From Vulcanimicrobiota bacterium (lineage in GTDB: Bacteria; Vulcanimicrobiota; Vulcanimicrobiia; Vulcanimicrobiales; Vulcanimicrobiaceae), in assembly GCA_003135555.1 (NCBI GenBank), contig PLCF01000013.1, positions 1 to 15,935 of the forward strand: a stretch of DNA of 15,935 nt, written 5' to 3'. Position numbers and translations under genes: made by a program. The notes beneath the pieces were generated by a model. The model was not told the origin of the DNA. It was given only the letters and a program-made list of their open reading frames with translations, and did no database searches. Positions 15,238-15,935 of this stretch are shown in pieces; the stretch's first letter is position 1; each line of letters begins with the position of its first letter.

Positions 15238-15935
15238 CTAGGCGCTCTGGTCTTTGGGGCGGTCGGCGAAGATGAGCGTGGGCTGCTCCTTCTTCTCGAC
15301 GACTTCCTTATTGACGACGCACTTCTTCACGCCTTGCATCGACGGCAGGTCGTACATCACGTCGAGCATGATCTCTTCCAGGATCGAGCGCAGGCCGCGG
15401 GCGCCGGTCTTGCGCGACTGGGCCTTGATGGCGATCGAGATCAGCGCCTCTTTGGTGAAGGTCAGCTCGACGCCGTCCATTCCCAGGATCTTCTGGAACT
15501 GACGGACCAGCGCATTACGCGGCTCGACCAGGATGCGGCGCAGCGCGAGCTCGTCGAGCGCGTCGAGCGTCACGACGATCGGCAAGCGGCCGATGAACTC
15601 CGGGATCAGGCCGAACTTGAGCAAGTCCTCGGGCATGAGCTGCTGCAGCATCTTGGTGTGCAGCCGCTCCTTTTTCGTCTCGGGGTTCGCGCGGAAGCCC
15701 AGCGAGTTGGACGCCACGCGGCCTTCGATGATCTTCTCGAGCCCGTCGAACGCGCCGCCGCAGATGAACAGCACGTTGGTGGTGTCGATCTGGATGAACT
15801 CTTGATGCGGGTGCTTGCGGCCGCCCTGCGGGGGCACGTTGGCGGTCGTGCCTTCGAGGATCTTGAGCAACGCCTGCTGCACGCCTTCGCCGCTGACGTC
15901 GCGCGTGATCGACGGGTTCTCGCTCTTGCGCGCGA
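15238..15935 (-). CDS. clpX: ATP-dependent Clp protease ATP-binding subunit ClpX (3' part; 5' end outside the window)
   Basis: [44 protein letters not shown] ClpP-docking loop, [20 protein letters not shown]. Confidence 0.98.
   Translation of the reverse strand, partial: ARKSENPSITRDVSGEGVQQALLKILEGTTANVPPQGGRKHPHQEFIQIDTTNVLFICGGAFDGLEKIIEGRVASNSLGFRANPETKKERLHTKMLQQLMPEDLLKFGLIPEFIGRLPIVVTLDALDELALRRILVEPRNALVRQFQKILGMDGVELTFTKEALISIAIKAQSRKTGARGLRSILEEIMLDVMYDLPSMQGVKKCVVNKEVVEKKEQPTLIFADRPKDQSA

Noticed and set aside
15883..15935. clpX starting at GTG 15882, or a truncated pseudogene
   Set aside because: The frame stays open with conserved ClpX sequence to the window edge, so the gene is only cut by the window.

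Overview
GC-rich bacterial chromosomal segment made mostly of core genes, with no mobile element, CRISPR array or rRNA. The gene content and Pro/Thr-rich lipoprotein suggest Ca. Eremiobacterota/Vulcanimicrobiota, but that is only an impression. Left to right: tRNA-Gln(UUG) (-); small membrane protein (-); secreted NlpC/P60 peptidase (-) behind a clear c-di-AMP (ydaO/yuaA) riboswitch; the operon hypothetical-cdaA-cdaR-glmM (-); rsgA and rpsT (+) with a bidirectional terminator; Pro/Thr-repeat lipoprotein (-); priA (-); GAF-GGDEF diguanylate cyclase and Crp-family regulator (-); a divergent 840-aa multi-Ig/DUF11-like protein plus a small membrane-anchored HEAT-like protein (+); YbhB/YbcL protein (-); hypothetical protein (+); 3' part of clpX (-). 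Main points of interest: (1) a c-di-AMP synthase operon directly upstream of a c-di-AMP riboswitch-controlled cell-wall hydrolase, with an extra coupled unknown gene; (2) a Crp/diguanylate cyclase/Ig-repeat/HEAT module; (3) two apparently leaderless mRNAs; (4) a probable CTG start for priA; (5) a structured glmM 3' spacer.
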